The position numbers and the translations under genes were made by a program. The notes below the pieces were generated by a model, which was not told the origin of the DNA, did no database searches, and worked only from the letters and a program-made list of their open reading frames with translations. A stretch of DNA of 64,000 nt from Butyricicoccus sp. (GTDB lineage Bacteria > Bacillota > Clostridia > Oscillospirales > Butyricicoccaceae): positions 15,498 through 79,497 of the forward strand of contig JAHHRJ010000003.1 of assembly GCA_020025885.1 (NCBI GenBank), given 5' to 3'. Positions 9,259-18,161 of the stretch are shown here, piece after piece; the first letter of the stretch is position 1, and every line of letters starts with the position of its first letter.

Positions 9259-9319
9259 GTAAGTCGCGTCCTGCTTTTTTCTATTGCATTATAAAATCTT
9301 TTATTTGGAGGAAATAAAA

Positions 9320-10252
9320 ATGGCTTTTACTGCTGCTGATGTAAAGAAGCTGCGCGAGCAGACCAGCGTAGGCATGATGGAGTGCAAGAAGGCACTGACT
9401 GAGGCTGACGGTGATTTTGAGAAGGCAATCGAGCTGCTGCGCGAGAAGGGTCTGGCTAAGGCTGCAAAGAAGGCAGACCGTGTGGCTGCTGAGGGTATTG
9501 TTTGTGCAAAGGTTTGCGACGAGTGCGGCGTAGCTGCGATCGTTGAGGTCAATGCAGAGACCGACTTCGTTGCAAAGAATGCTGACTTCCAGGCTTTCGT
9601 AAACGATGTTGCAACTGTAATCATCAAGGAGAACCCGGCTGACGTTGAGGCTCTGAAGGCTTGCAAGATGGGCGAGCTGACCGTTGAGACCGCTTTGCAG
9701 GAAAAGGTTCTAACCATCGGTGAGAACATCCAGATCCGTCGTTTCGAGCGTTTCGACAACACCACTGTAAACGTTGCATACAACCACATGGGCGGCGTGA
9801 TCGGTACTCTGGTTGCTTTGCAGGTTTCGGACAACCTGAAGGACAATGCTACTGTTAAGGAGCTGGGTAAGGACATCGGCATGCAGTCCGCTGCTATGAA
9901 CCCGCCTTATATGGACAAGACCGAGGTTGATGCTGGCGTTCTGGAGAAGGAGAAGGAGATCCTCCTCGCACAGGCTCTGGAAGAGAACAAGACCGCTGCG
10001 AAGCCGAAGCCGGAGCAGATCATCCACAAGATGGTAGAGGGTCGTATCGGTAAGTATTACGAAGAGAACTGCCTCATGCAGCAGGCTTTCGTTAAGGAGA
10101 ACAAGGTTTCCGTTGAGGCTCACATCGCAGCTGTTGCGAAGGAGCTGGGCGGCGAGATTAAGCTGGTTAAGTGTGTTCGTTTTGAGAAGGGCGAAGGCAT
10201 CGAGAAGAAGCAGGACGATTTCGCAGCAGAAGTTGCTTCCATGGCGAAGTAA
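9320..10252 (+). CDS. tsf: Elongation factor Ts
   Basis: VKKLREQTSVGMMECKKAL, AAEG, EVNAETDFVAKN. Confidence 0.99.
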   Translation: MAFTAADVKKLREQTSVGMMECKKALTEADGDFEKAIELLREKGLAKAAKKADRVAAEGIVCAKVCDECGVAAIVEVNAETDFVAKNADFQAFVNDVATVIIKENPADVEALKACKMGELTVETALQEKVLTIGENIQIRRFERFDNTTVNVAYNHMGGVIGTLVALQVSDNLKDNATVKELGKDIGMQSAAMNPPYMDKTEVDAGVLEKEKEILLAQALEENKTAAKPKPEQIIHKMVEGRIGKYYEENCLMQQAFVKENKVSVEAHIAAVAKELGGEIKLVKCVRFEKGEGIEKKQDDFAAEVASMAK

Positions 10253-10265
10253 GATCGTTTTTTAT

Positions 10266-10293
10266 AAAGGACAGGCTTATGCCTGTCCTTTTT
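10266..10293 (+). terminator. Intrinsic terminator after tsf
   Basis: AAAGGACAGGC-TTAT-GCCTGTCCTTTTT. Confidence 0.85.
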
Positions 10294-10407
10294 CTATGCA
10301 TTTCTATGTATGAAAGAACCGAATGATATGGGAACAGAATAATTTACAAAACGAATAGAAAGAAATGAAAAAAGAAGGTATCCATAAATTGGATACCTTC
10401 CACCGAT

Positions 10408-10492
10408 TGGTGCCGATGGCCGGACTCGAACCGGCACGGGTTGCCCCGCCGCATTTTGAGTGCGGTACGTCTACCAATTCCATCACATCGGC
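10408..10492 (-). tRNA. tRNA-Leu(CAA)
   Basis: GCCGATG acceptor stem, anticodon arm CCGCA-CTCAAAA-TGCGG, long variable arm, GGTTCGAGTCC T-arm, encoded CCA. Confidence 0.97.
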
Positions 10493-10653
10493 GTCTTAAT
10501 TAGTATAACAGAGGTCTTCCCAAAATGCAAGATATTTTTTAAGAAAAATACAAAATTCATTGTAAGGCTCAAGGCTTGACAGAAACCGTAGGATGTGTGA
10601 GAATGAAATAATAGGGAGTATGCGCCCAATCAAAGACATAAAATAAGAGGACG

Positions 10654-11295
10654 ATGCTTATGACGAAACAAGAGCGCGCTTTGGAGATTATTGAGCGCTT
10701 AAAAAGAGAATATCCGGATGCGACGTGTACACTAGACTATAATGAGGCGTGGAAGCTGCTGGTCAGCCTGCGTCTTGCGGCACAGTGTACAGATGCACGT
10801 GTGAATGTTGTGGTCGAAAAGCTTTATGAAAAATTTCCGGATGTGGAAGCGTTGGCGGCAGCTGATGTAGACGAGATCGAAAAGATCGTACATCCTTGCG
10901 GTTTGGGTCCGAGTAAGGCGCGTGATATCAGCGCGTGTATGAAGATGCTGCGGGATGAATATCATGGCGGCATTCCGCAAACCTTTGAAGAATTGCTTCG
11001 CCTGCCCGGTGTTGGCAGAAAAAGTGCAAATCTCGTGATGGGCGATGTGTTTGGAAAGCCTGCAATCGTAACAGATACACACTGTATCCGCCTTGTGAAC
11101 CGCATGGGCTTGGTAGACGGGATCAAGGAGCCCAAAAAGGTGGAAATGGAGCTTTGGAAGATTATTCCGCCAGAAGAAGGCAGCGATTTCTGTCACCGAT
11201 TGGTATTTCATGGGCGTGATGTATGCAGCGCACGCAAAAAGCCAGACTGTGAAATGTGCTGTGTGCGCGATCTATGCCCACAGATCGGTGTATAA
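10654..11295 (+). CDS. nth: Endonuclease III
   Basis: LAAQCTDARVN, HhH LPGVGRKSAN, VTDTH, 4Fe-4S C-x6-C-x2-C-x5-C. Confidence 0.96.
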   Translation: MLMTKQERALEIIERLKREYPDATCTLDYNEAWKLLVSLRLAAQCTDARVNVVVEKLYEKFPDVEALAAADVDEIEKIVHPCGLGPSKARDISACMKMLRDEYHGGIPQTFEELLRLPGVGRKSANLVMGDVFGKPAIVTDTHCIRLVNRMGLVDGIKEPKKVEMELWKIIPPEEGSDFCHRLVFHGRDVCSARKKPDCEMCCVRDLCPQIGV

Positions 11296-11343
11296 AGAAA
11301 TACCAGACTCCAAATGATAGGAAGTTGAAGGGAGGATACGCAA

Positions 11344-12378
11344 TTGGCAATCAATAAACATATGCGGGCGGCACTTCGGGTATTGTCTTATCCGGCTGCC
11401 GCAGATTTAGACAAGGTTTATAAGGTGGAGCGCGCCATATATCAATTAAAGGCACCGCCACTGTCTGCGCTTTATCGTCATTGGGATCATCAAATCGAAT
11501 CTATGGATGGTACGCCGATTCGGGTACGTATCTATGCGCCCAAGCAACAGACAGATAACCGTCTGTTGTTGTTTTTTCACGGCGGCGGTTGGGTGCTCGA
11601 AAATGTGGATACCTATAATCAGGTGTGTAAGGCGCTCACAAAGGCGACGGGATGCCGCGTGATTTCGGTGGAATATCGCCGTGCGCCAGAGCATCCGTTC
11701 CCGATGGGATTGGAAGACTGCTATGCAGCAGCCAAAGCCATCTATGGAGCAGGGGAACAGCTGGGCACGCATGGTGCAGAGGATATCATATTGATCGGAG
11801 ACAGCGCAGGTGCGAACCTTGCAGCGGCGGTGTCACTTTTGGCGCGAGATCGCGGAGAGTTTGAGGTCACACAGCAGATCCTGATTTATCCGGCAACAGC
11901 AGCAGACCATTCGGAAACTTCGCCCTTTCCCTCAGTGCATGAGAATGGGGAAGGGTATTTGCTGACCGCATACCGTGTAGAACAGTTTATGCGTCTTTAT
12001 GCCGGAATGGATGACTCAGCATATCAAAATCCATACTTTGCACCACTTTTGATGAAAGATTTAAGCAGACAGCCGCGCACACTGCTCATTACAGCAGAAT
12101 ATGATCCATTGCGCGATGAAGGGGAGGCGTATGCAAAGGCGCTTGCAGATGCAGGCAATGTGGTACGGTGTGTGAGAATGGCGGATGCATTGCATGGCTT
12201 TATTTCGCTGCCGTCCCACTTTGTGCATGTGCAGCGTACACATGCGCTGATTCGAGAATTTTTGGGAGATGAAATTAAATGCGCAGACAGCACAAACCAG
12301 AATGGTACCGCCTCGACAATGCGGCGAAAATTTTCCCGCCGACGGTTCACGGAGCGGATACCGCAGTCTTCCGACTGA
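11344..12378 (+). CDS. Alpha/beta hydrolase, HSL-family esterase/lipase
   Basis: FHGGGW, YRRAPE, GDSAG, DPLRDEG, HGF; TTG start with GGAGG RBS. Confidence 0.92.
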   Translation: MAINKHMRAALRVLSYPAAADLDKVYKVERAIYQLKAPPLSALYRHWDHQIESMDGTPIRVRIYAPKQQTDNRLLLFFHGGGWVLENVDTYNQVCKALTKATGCRVISVEYRRAPEHPFPMGLEDCYAAAKAIYGAGEQLGTHGAEDIILIGDSAGANLAAAVSLLARDRGEFEVTQQILIYPATAADHSETSPFPSVHENGEGYLLTAYRVEQFMRLYAGMDDSAYQNPYFAPLLMKDLSRQPRTLLITAEYDPLRDEGEAYAKALADAGNVVRCVRMADALHGFISLPSHFVHVQRTHALIREFLGDEIKCADSTNQNGTASTMRRKFSRRRFTERIPQSSD

Positions 12379-13532
12379 CCTGCGAATTAAATGAACCAGT
12401 AAACCCAGAGATTTTGCAGCATGCGCTTGATCGGATGGTGACACAATATCCCAACCTATCCACCGTGCTGCGGCGTGGCGTATTCTGGTACTATTTGGAG
12501 CGGACAAGTCGCCACGTGAGAGTCGTTCCAGAGCATACACCGCCTTGCGCACAGCTCTATCAAGATAGCCGTTCTTCTCTGTTTGAAGTCAGCTATTGGA
12601 AAAATAAAATCAACTTTGATGTGTTCCATGTGGTTGCAGATGGTGCAGGTGCAATTGAAATGCTGCAAACATTGGTAACGGAATATGTCTCAGAGGCATA
12701 TAAGATCGAGACCGAACGCAAACCCAAGGCTGCACTGGATGAGCGGATGGAGGATGGTTTCCAAAAGTACTATAAAACAGAGACGAACAGTACAGGGACA
12801 GCACAGAAAATACGCGCCTATCGCCTGCCGCATCGGGGGAAAGAGCTGGCAGTTTTTGAGGGTGTATGTGATGTAAAAGATGTGTTGCTGGTCGCGCATG
12901 AGTACCAGACTACGCTTACGGTCTATCTTGCAGCGGTATTGTTTCAGGCAATCCATGGCGGTATGTATGTGCGTGATCGGAAAAAGCCAGTCGTTTTAAC
13001 CGTACCAGTTGATCTGCGCAGTTATTTTCCGTCCCATACGACCAGAAATTTCTTTAGCATTATCCGTGCATCCTATGATTTTGGCACACGAGCGGGTTCC
13101 TTTGAGGATATCATAGAGCAGACAGCAGCAGCGTTTAAGCGCGAACTGACCGCAGAAAATCTTGCGGCGCGTCTCAACGCTTTGGCTTCCTTGGAGCACA
13201 ATTTTTTATTGCGCCCGATCCCATTATTTATTAAATATCCGGCACTGTTTATTTCGGGTAAGCTCTCAGACTTTGGCGAAACAGCCGTGCTTTCCAATAT
13301 TGGGCGTTTCCAGCTTCCAGAAGAGATGCAGCCCTATGTAAAGGGATTTGGTGTATTTGTTGGTACAGATGCCTTACAGCTGTGCACATGCAGTTACAAT
13401 GGAAAATTGCATTTGGGCTTTACCACGACCATGCGAGATCCAGCTGTCATCCGACGTTTTTGCAATCGTTTGACATCTGATGGCATTCAGCTGGAAATTC
13501 GCAGCAATACCATGTATGGGGAGGAAAAGTAA
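12279..13532 (+). CDS. Alcohol acetyltransferase / condensation-domain-like CoA-dependent acyltransferase
   Basis: WYRLDNAAKIFP, HxxxDG (FHVVADG), PVDLR..FPS.T.RNF, SNIG. Confidence 0.8.
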   Translation: MRRQHKPEWYRLDNAAKIFPPTVHGADTAVFRLTCELNEPVNPEILQHALDRMVTQYPNLSTVLRRGVFWYYLERTSRHVRVVPEHTPPCAQLYQDSRSSLFEVSYWKNKINFDVFHVVADGAGAIEMLQTLVTEYVSEAYKIETERKPKAALDERMEDGFQKYYKTETNSTGTAQKIRAYRLPHRGKELAVFEGVCDVKDVLLVAHEYQTTLTVYLAAVLFQAIHGGMYVRDRKKPVVLTVPVDLRSYFPSHTTRNFFSIIRASYDFGTRAGSFEDIIEQTAAAFKRELTAENLAARLNALASLEHNFLLRPIPLFIKYPALFISGKLSDFGETAVLSNIGRFQLPEEMQPYVKGFGVFVGTDALQLCTCSYNGKLHLGFTTTMRDPAVIRRFCNRLTSDGIQLEIRSNTMYGEEK

Positions 13533-14201
13533 ATGCAGTATTGTTCGTTGTGTCAGGTGAAAGTCGCTGGCAATAAGCGGTGCTGTCCGCTATGCGAGGG
13601 GGAACTGCTTGGAACACCAGAACCGGAAACTGAAATTTTTCCGCGCGTGATCCCACCCCATAAGCTCGCACGCATTGCGCGGCGTATTATTACACTTTGC
13701 CTGTTGATTGTCGTGCTGAGCTGTGTGCAAGTGGAAAGTGTATGGCATCCGGTGAGCAATTGGCCGCTCATTGTAATCGCAGCCGTCACCTGCCTGTGGC
13801 TGTCTGTCATGCTCGGTATTTCTAGACGGCGCGTTTTGATGCAGAATTTAACGGCACAGGCAATCTTGTTTTCCGTTCTGGCGGTCTTATGGGACCGTGG
13901 GACAGGATGGCGTGGATGGTCGATCGAGTGGGTCATTCCCATTCTGTGTATCTCGGCACTTGGCGCACTGTTGCTGCTCAAAGTGATTTTGCGTGTGCCA
14001 ATGGTGGAAGCGGTGGCATGGATCGGAACGCTCTCCGTGCTCGGATGGATTGTTCCGCTGCTTCTGCTGCTGTTTCATGATTTGCGCGTTGTACTGCCAA
14101 GCATTTTGTGCTCAGTGCTATCCTTTATTATAGTTGTCGTGCTCGTGATTTTCTTTCATCGGTATATGCAGGAGGAAGCGGCACGCAGATTCCATCTATA
14201 A
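13533..14201 (+). CDS. DUF6320-like membrane protein with N-terminal zinc ribbon
   Basis: CSLC...CPLC, then ~6 TM helices, GWRGWS, C-terminal RRFHL. Confidence 0.75.
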   Translation: MQYCSLCQVKVAGNKRCCPLCEGELLGTPEPETEIFPRVIPPHKLARIARRIITLCLLIVVLSCVQVESVWHPVSNWPLIVIAAVTCLWLSVMLGISRRRVLMQNLTAQAILFSVLAVLWDRGTGWRGWSIEWVIPILCISALGALLLLKVILRVPMVEAVAWIGTLSVLGWIVPLLLLLFHDLRVVLPSILCSVLSFIIVVVLVIFFHRYMQEEAARRFHL

Positions 14202-14249
14202 AGAAAAGAATCGTATCAAAAACGATACGATTTTTTTCTTGGAAATGCA

Positions 14250-14924
14250 TTATACTTCGGCTTCGGATAATTCCTGATAGAGCATCCCTTTATCTAAAAT
14301 CCGGATTCCGCCGCGTGATACCTCGATACTGCCCGTTTGGGAAAGCTGTTTGAGAATACGGCTGACGGCTTCGCGTGCAGAGCCAATGGCGCGTGCAAGT
14401 TGTTCCTGCGTTAAGGAAAGCGTACTGTTTCCACTGCTTGCAGACTCGTCAATGAGAAAAGCGGAAACGCGCTGGCGCAGGGTCATAAAGAACATGCGCT
14501 CTACTGCTTGAATCAAGTCGGAAAGGCGTTCTGTACTGCTGCGATAAACAAAATTTTCCACATATAAATTCTCATCCACGAGCTGTGCGAAAGTAGAAGC
14601 TGGAATAATGAAGAGGTCACAGTCTGTCTCTGCATCAATCTGTACATCGAATGTCATAGCAGAAAGTACGCAGGAAGCCGAGAGCACGCAAGTTTCACCT
14701 GCACGCAGACGATAGATGGTCGCTTCTCGTCCGTCTGCACTGAGTAAATAGACACGCAAGATGCCCTGTACAACAAATAAAGGTCCAATACAGCTGCAAC
14801 TTCCTGTTTTTACAGCTTCCCCCGCGGAAAAATGGGCGGTATGCGCGCGTTCAAGCAACAAATTCTTCTGGTCGTCAGATAGATGTGGCCAAAACGATTG
14901 TGCTTCAAGTAGTGTGGTCTCCAA
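14250..14924 (-). CDS. Crp/Fnr family transcriptional regulator
   Basis: GREATIYRL, GETCVLSASC, HTH TQEQLARAIGSAREAVSRILK. Confidence 0.92.
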   Translation of the reverse strand: METTLLEAQSFWPHLSDDQKNLLLERAHTAHFSAGEAVKTGSCSCIGPLFVVQGILRVYLLSADGREATIYRLRAGETCVLSASCVLSAMTFDVQIDAETDCDLFIIPASTFAQLVDENLYVENFVYRSSTERLSDLIQAVERMFFMTLRQRVSAFLIDESASSGNSTLSLTQEQLARAIGSAREAVSRILKQLSQTGSIEVSRGGIRILDKGMLYQELSEAEV

Positions 14925-14954
14925 AAAGCCACCTTCTTTCTATGTTTTTTCTAG

Positions 14955-15022
14955 GGCATACCGCATAATTCAGCAAGAGTGATTTTCGCAAAGCGCCGCA
15001 GATGACATTGTGCGGTGTTGCC
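14955..15022 (-). mobile_element. Rod-hairpin MITE family B, internally deleted copy (68 bp)
   Basis: Both ends match 38931-39090; centre lost by joining at ATTTTCG microhomology; flanks CTAG / CCAG. Confidence 0.8.
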
Positions 15023-15436
15023 CCAGGAATACCGTATCATTCAGTGTACGGTACTGCCACTATTGTACACGTATCCTGCATATTTTGCAAGAATACAAAA
15101 ATGATCCGCTTTTATATGAAATGGAAAGAGGCAAGTACCATTTTCTAAAAATTGAATAGAAACGCAGAGATTGCAAGGTAAAAAACAATGGCAATGAGAG
15201 CTGGTTTTTCTGAATACAACAAGATTTTATGTATTAGCAAATAAAAATTTGTTTGCTTTGTTTTGCAAAGGGGCATTTTCTTAAAAGGGGAAATGCGGTA
15301 TAATAACGACAAGTGGTTGCTGCGCCCCGGTGCAAATACCGCAGATAAGAATTGGAATTTAATTTTTTGTACATGAGATATCCGATTGGAGCAGTTCAGT
15401 CGGTTTCAATTGACACAGGAAGCGAGAGGAAAATCT

Positions 15437-16423
15437 ATGGGTATTAGAATTGGTATTTTAGGATATGGCAATCTGGGTCGTGGCGTAGAAGCAGCGATTG
15501 CACAGAACGCAGACATGGAACTCGTTGGTGTATTCACCCGCCGCGATCCGGCTTCGGTCAAGATTGCGACCAAGGGTGTATCGGTGTATCATACAGATGA
15601 TGCGGAAAAAATGACAGATAAGATTGATGTTATGGTGATCTGCGGCGGCAGTGCAACCGATCTTCCACATCTGACCCCGAAGTATGCAGAGCTGTTTAAT
15701 GTTGTGGATAGCTTTGATACCCATGCAAATATCCCGACCCATTTTGCAGCAGTCGATACTGCGGCAAAGAAGGGCGGCAAGATCGGTCTGATCTCTTGCG
15801 GCTGGGATCCTGGTATGTTCTCCCTGAACCGTGTCTATGCAAATGCGATCCTGCCGCAGGGTAAGGATTATACCTTCTGGGGACGCGGTGTAAGTCAGGG
15901 TCACTCAGATGCGATCCGCCGGATTGCAGGTGTTGTGGATGCACGCCAGTATACTTGCCCCGTAGAGAGCGCAGTTGTATCTGTACGCGCAGGTGAGAAT
16001 CCGGAGTTGACCACGCGCCAGAAGCACACCAGAGAGTGCTTTGTTGTGGCAGAGGAAGGCGCAGACCGCGAGCACATTGCACAAGAGATCAAGAACATGC
16101 CGAACTACTTTGCAGATTACGACACCACCGTACACTTTATCTCTAAGGAAGAGCTGGATCGTGATCACGCAGGTCTGCCGCATGGCGGTTTTGTGATCCG
16201 TGCAGGAAAGACTGGATTTTCTGAGGAGAACCAGCATATTATTGAGTATAGTTTGAAGCTGGACTCCAATCCGGAGTTTACAGGTTCCGTTCTGGTCGCT
16301 TGTGCACGTGCTGCATATCGCATGAATCAGGAAGGTCAGTCCGGCGGCAAGACCATGCTGGATATTGCACCAGCATATCTGTGTGCACAGTCTGGCGAAG
16401 AGCTGCGCGCGCATATGCTCTAA
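15437..16423 (+). CDS. ddh: meso-Diaminopimelate D-dehydrogenase
   Basis: GYGNLG, CGGSATD, VDSFDTH, GWDPG, TFWGRGVSQGHSDA, HGG, SNPEFT. Confidence 0.96.
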   Translation: MGIRIGILGYGNLGRGVEAAIAQNADMELVGVFTRRDPASVKIATKGVSVYHTDDAEKMTDKIDVMVICGGSATDLPHLTPKYAELFNVVDSFDTHANIPTHFAAVDTAAKKGGKIGLISCGWDPGMFSLNRVYANAILPQGKDYTFWGRGVSQGHSDAIRRIAGVVDARQYTCPVESAVVSVRAGENPELTTRQKHTRECFVVAEEGADREHIAQEIKNMPNYFADYDTTVHFISKEELDRDHAGLPHGGFVIRAGKTGFSEENQHIIEYSLKLDSNPEFTGSVLVACARAAYRMNQEGQSGGKTMLDIAPAYLCAQSGEELRAHML

Positions 16424-16437
16424 GAAATTGAAAACGC

Positions 16438-16468
16438 AAAACCGGCATAGAATATCTATGCCGGTTTT
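16438..16468 (+). terminator. Intrinsic terminator after ddh
   Basis: AAAACCGGCATAGA-ATA-TCTATGCCGGTTTT. Confidence 0.85.
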
Positions 16469-16682
16469 GAGGCTGTCAAAGAACTTTGACAGCCTTTCCA
16501 GGGGAACCCAGTCCCCCTAGATACAGAGCCAGTTCTGGTAGAAACCGGCTCTGATACCCCCGGTTTCGCGCACGTTTGCGCGGGTCGCGGGCAAAATCCA
16601 AGGCGCATGTCCTTGGATTTTGAAAATTTAAGGTCGCTTCGCTCCAAAATAAAAAGAGCGCAGTGACTTTTTTGACACACTG
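16469..16682 (+). mobile_element. MITE family A copy 2 (214 bp)
   Basis: Matches the other copies; 6-bp duplication GGTTTT (16463-16468 / 16683-16688). Confidence 0.88.
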
Positions 16683-16690
16683 GGTTTTAC

Positions 16691-16870
16691 CAAGTCATAG
16701 ACCGTTTCTATCCATCCAGTCAACTTTGTTCTGTATGTGGTACACAGTGGTCAGGGGTAAAGGATTTGGCTGTACGTCAGTGGATTTGTCCTGGTTGTGA
16801 GACTGTTCACAATAGAGACCACAATGCTGCAAAGAATATCTTAAACGAAGGACTGCGCCAACTGGCGTAG
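16691..16870 (+). pseudogene. tnpB: IS200/IS605 TnpB C-terminal fragment (zinc ribbon + RuvC-III)
   Basis: Manual translation QVIDRFYPSSQLCSVCG...WICPGCETVHNRDHNAAKNILNEGLRQLA*; no start codon, in-frame TGA upstream. Confidence 0.9.
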
Positions 16871-16997
16871 ACGTAAATATGGTAGGGTGGGACACGCCCG
16901 AACCAATACGCTCAGGGAGACCATGTAAGACCTCGCACGGTGCAGGCTACGGTCAGCGAACTGAGAATCCCCTGTCTTTAAACATGGGGAGTGTCAA
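16691..16997 (+). mobile_element. Internally deleted IS200/IS605 element with intact right end / putative omega-RNA scaffold
   Basis: Preceded by TTAC; ends GAATCCCCTGTCTTTAAACATGGGGAGTGTCAA (GAAT guide, subterminal hairpin and TCAA end, as in IS608). Confidence 0.85.
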
Positions 16998-17028
16998 CTG
17001 TTATACGACTGAAAGGAGAAATGTGGAT

Positions 17029-17901
17029 ATGTCAGCAATTGGAAGAAATGACCCTTGCTGGTGTGGAAGTGGGAAGAAATATAAGAAATGCCATGCAGAC
17101 TTTGATGAAAAATTATCTGCGCTGTCTGTGGCAGGGCATGTAATTCCATCCCGTAAGATGATCAAAACACCAGAACAGATTGAAGGCATTCGCAAGAGTG
17201 CAAAGGTCAATATTGCAGTGCTCGACTATGTAGCAGAGCATATTCGTGCAGGTGTGTCTACGGCTGAAATTGATCGCTGGGTGCATGAGGAGACCTTGCG
17301 CATGGGCGGTATTCCGGCACCACTTGGATTTGAGGGCTTCCCGAACAGCGTGTGTACATCGGTAAACAATGAGGTTTGTCATGGTATCCCATCAGAGGAC
17401 ATGATCCTGCAAGAGGGCGATATCATCAATGTGGATGTATCTACGATTGTAGACGGATTCTTTTCTGATTCCTCCCGTATGTTCTGCATTGGCAAGGTAC
17501 TGCCAGAGTGGGAAAAGCTCGTGCGCGTGACCAAGGAATGCGTAGAAAAGGGGCTGGAACAGGTAAAGCCTTGGGGATTTCTCGGCGATATCGGACAGGC
17601 AATCAACGACCATGCAAAGGCAAATGGGTATTCTGTGGTGCGTGAGATCGGCGGACATGGCGTTGGACTGGAATTCCATGAGGAGCCGTGGGTCAGCCAC
17701 GTTGCAGAAGCAGGAACGGGTATGGTCATGGCGCCTGGTATGGTGTTTACCATCGAGCCAATGGTAAACATGGGTGCACCTGATATTTTCCAAGATGCAG
17801 ACAATGGTTGGACGATCTACACAAATGATGATAAGCCTTCTGCACAGTGGGAGATTCAGGTTCTTGTCACAGAGACCGGACATGAGGTCATCTCTTATTA
17901 A
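17029..17901 (+). CDS. map: Methionine aminopeptidase type I with N-terminal SEC-C motif
   Basis: GRNDPCWCGSGKKYKKCH; VCHGIP, DVS, DSSRMF, GHGVG.EFHEEP, FTIEPM; RBS GAAAGGAG. Confidence 0.95.
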   Translation: MSAIGRNDPCWCGSGKKYKKCHADFDEKLSALSVAGHVIPSRKMIKTPEQIEGIRKSAKVNIAVLDYVAEHIRAGVSTAEIDRWVHEETLRMGGIPAPLGFEGFPNSVCTSVNNEVCHGIPSEDMILQEGDIINVDVSTIVDGFFSDSSRMFCIGKVLPEWEKLVRVTKECVEKGLEQVKPWGFLGDIGQAINDHAKANGYSVVREIGGHGVGLEFHEEPWVSHVAEAGTGMVMAPGMVFTIEPMVNMGAPDIFQDADNGWTIYTNDDKPSAQWEIQVLVTETGHEVISY

Positions 17902-18061
17902 GGCAACACCGCACAATGTCATCTGCGGCGCTTTGCGAAAATTTCGCGCCATAAATTCGTTGTGAATCCTTGAAATCCACCAAGGATTCCTGCGGATTCA
18001 CGCCTTTTTCTGACGAGAAATTTTTCAGAAAATCGCTCTTGCTGAATGATGCGGTATTGCC
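17902..18061 (+). mobile_element. Rod-hairpin MITE family B full copy (160 bp)
   Basis: TIR GGCAACACCGCA / TGCGGTATTGCC; TTAA duplication (the left copy contains the map stop codon); matches 38931-39090. Confidence 0.88.
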
Positions 18062-18092
18062 TTAAGGATATTTTCCATCGTGATAATACAAC

Positions 18093-18135
18093 AAAACCGC
18101 GCAGTTACAGTTTTTTCTGTGACTGCGCGGTTTTT
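18093..18135. terminator. Bidirectional terminator between map and rbsB
   Basis: AAAACCGCGCAGTTACAG-loop-CTGTGACTGCGCGGTTTTT. Confidence 0.85.
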
Positions 18136-18161
18136 CTTTGAATTGGTGGTGTGACCGAAAT

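Noticed and set aside
10300..10410. Integrated element at the tRNA-Leu 3' end
   Set aside because: No integrase and no duplicated tRNA 3' end in the window; only a terminator hairpin follows
15305..15436. Lysine riboswitch upstream of ddh
   Set aside because: The leader is too short and lacks the recognisable AGAGG..GC / kissing-loop consensus
16879..17028. 50-aa N-terminal extension of Map in the ORF track
   Set aside because: Derived from the IS605 right end; the strong RBS supports ATG 17029
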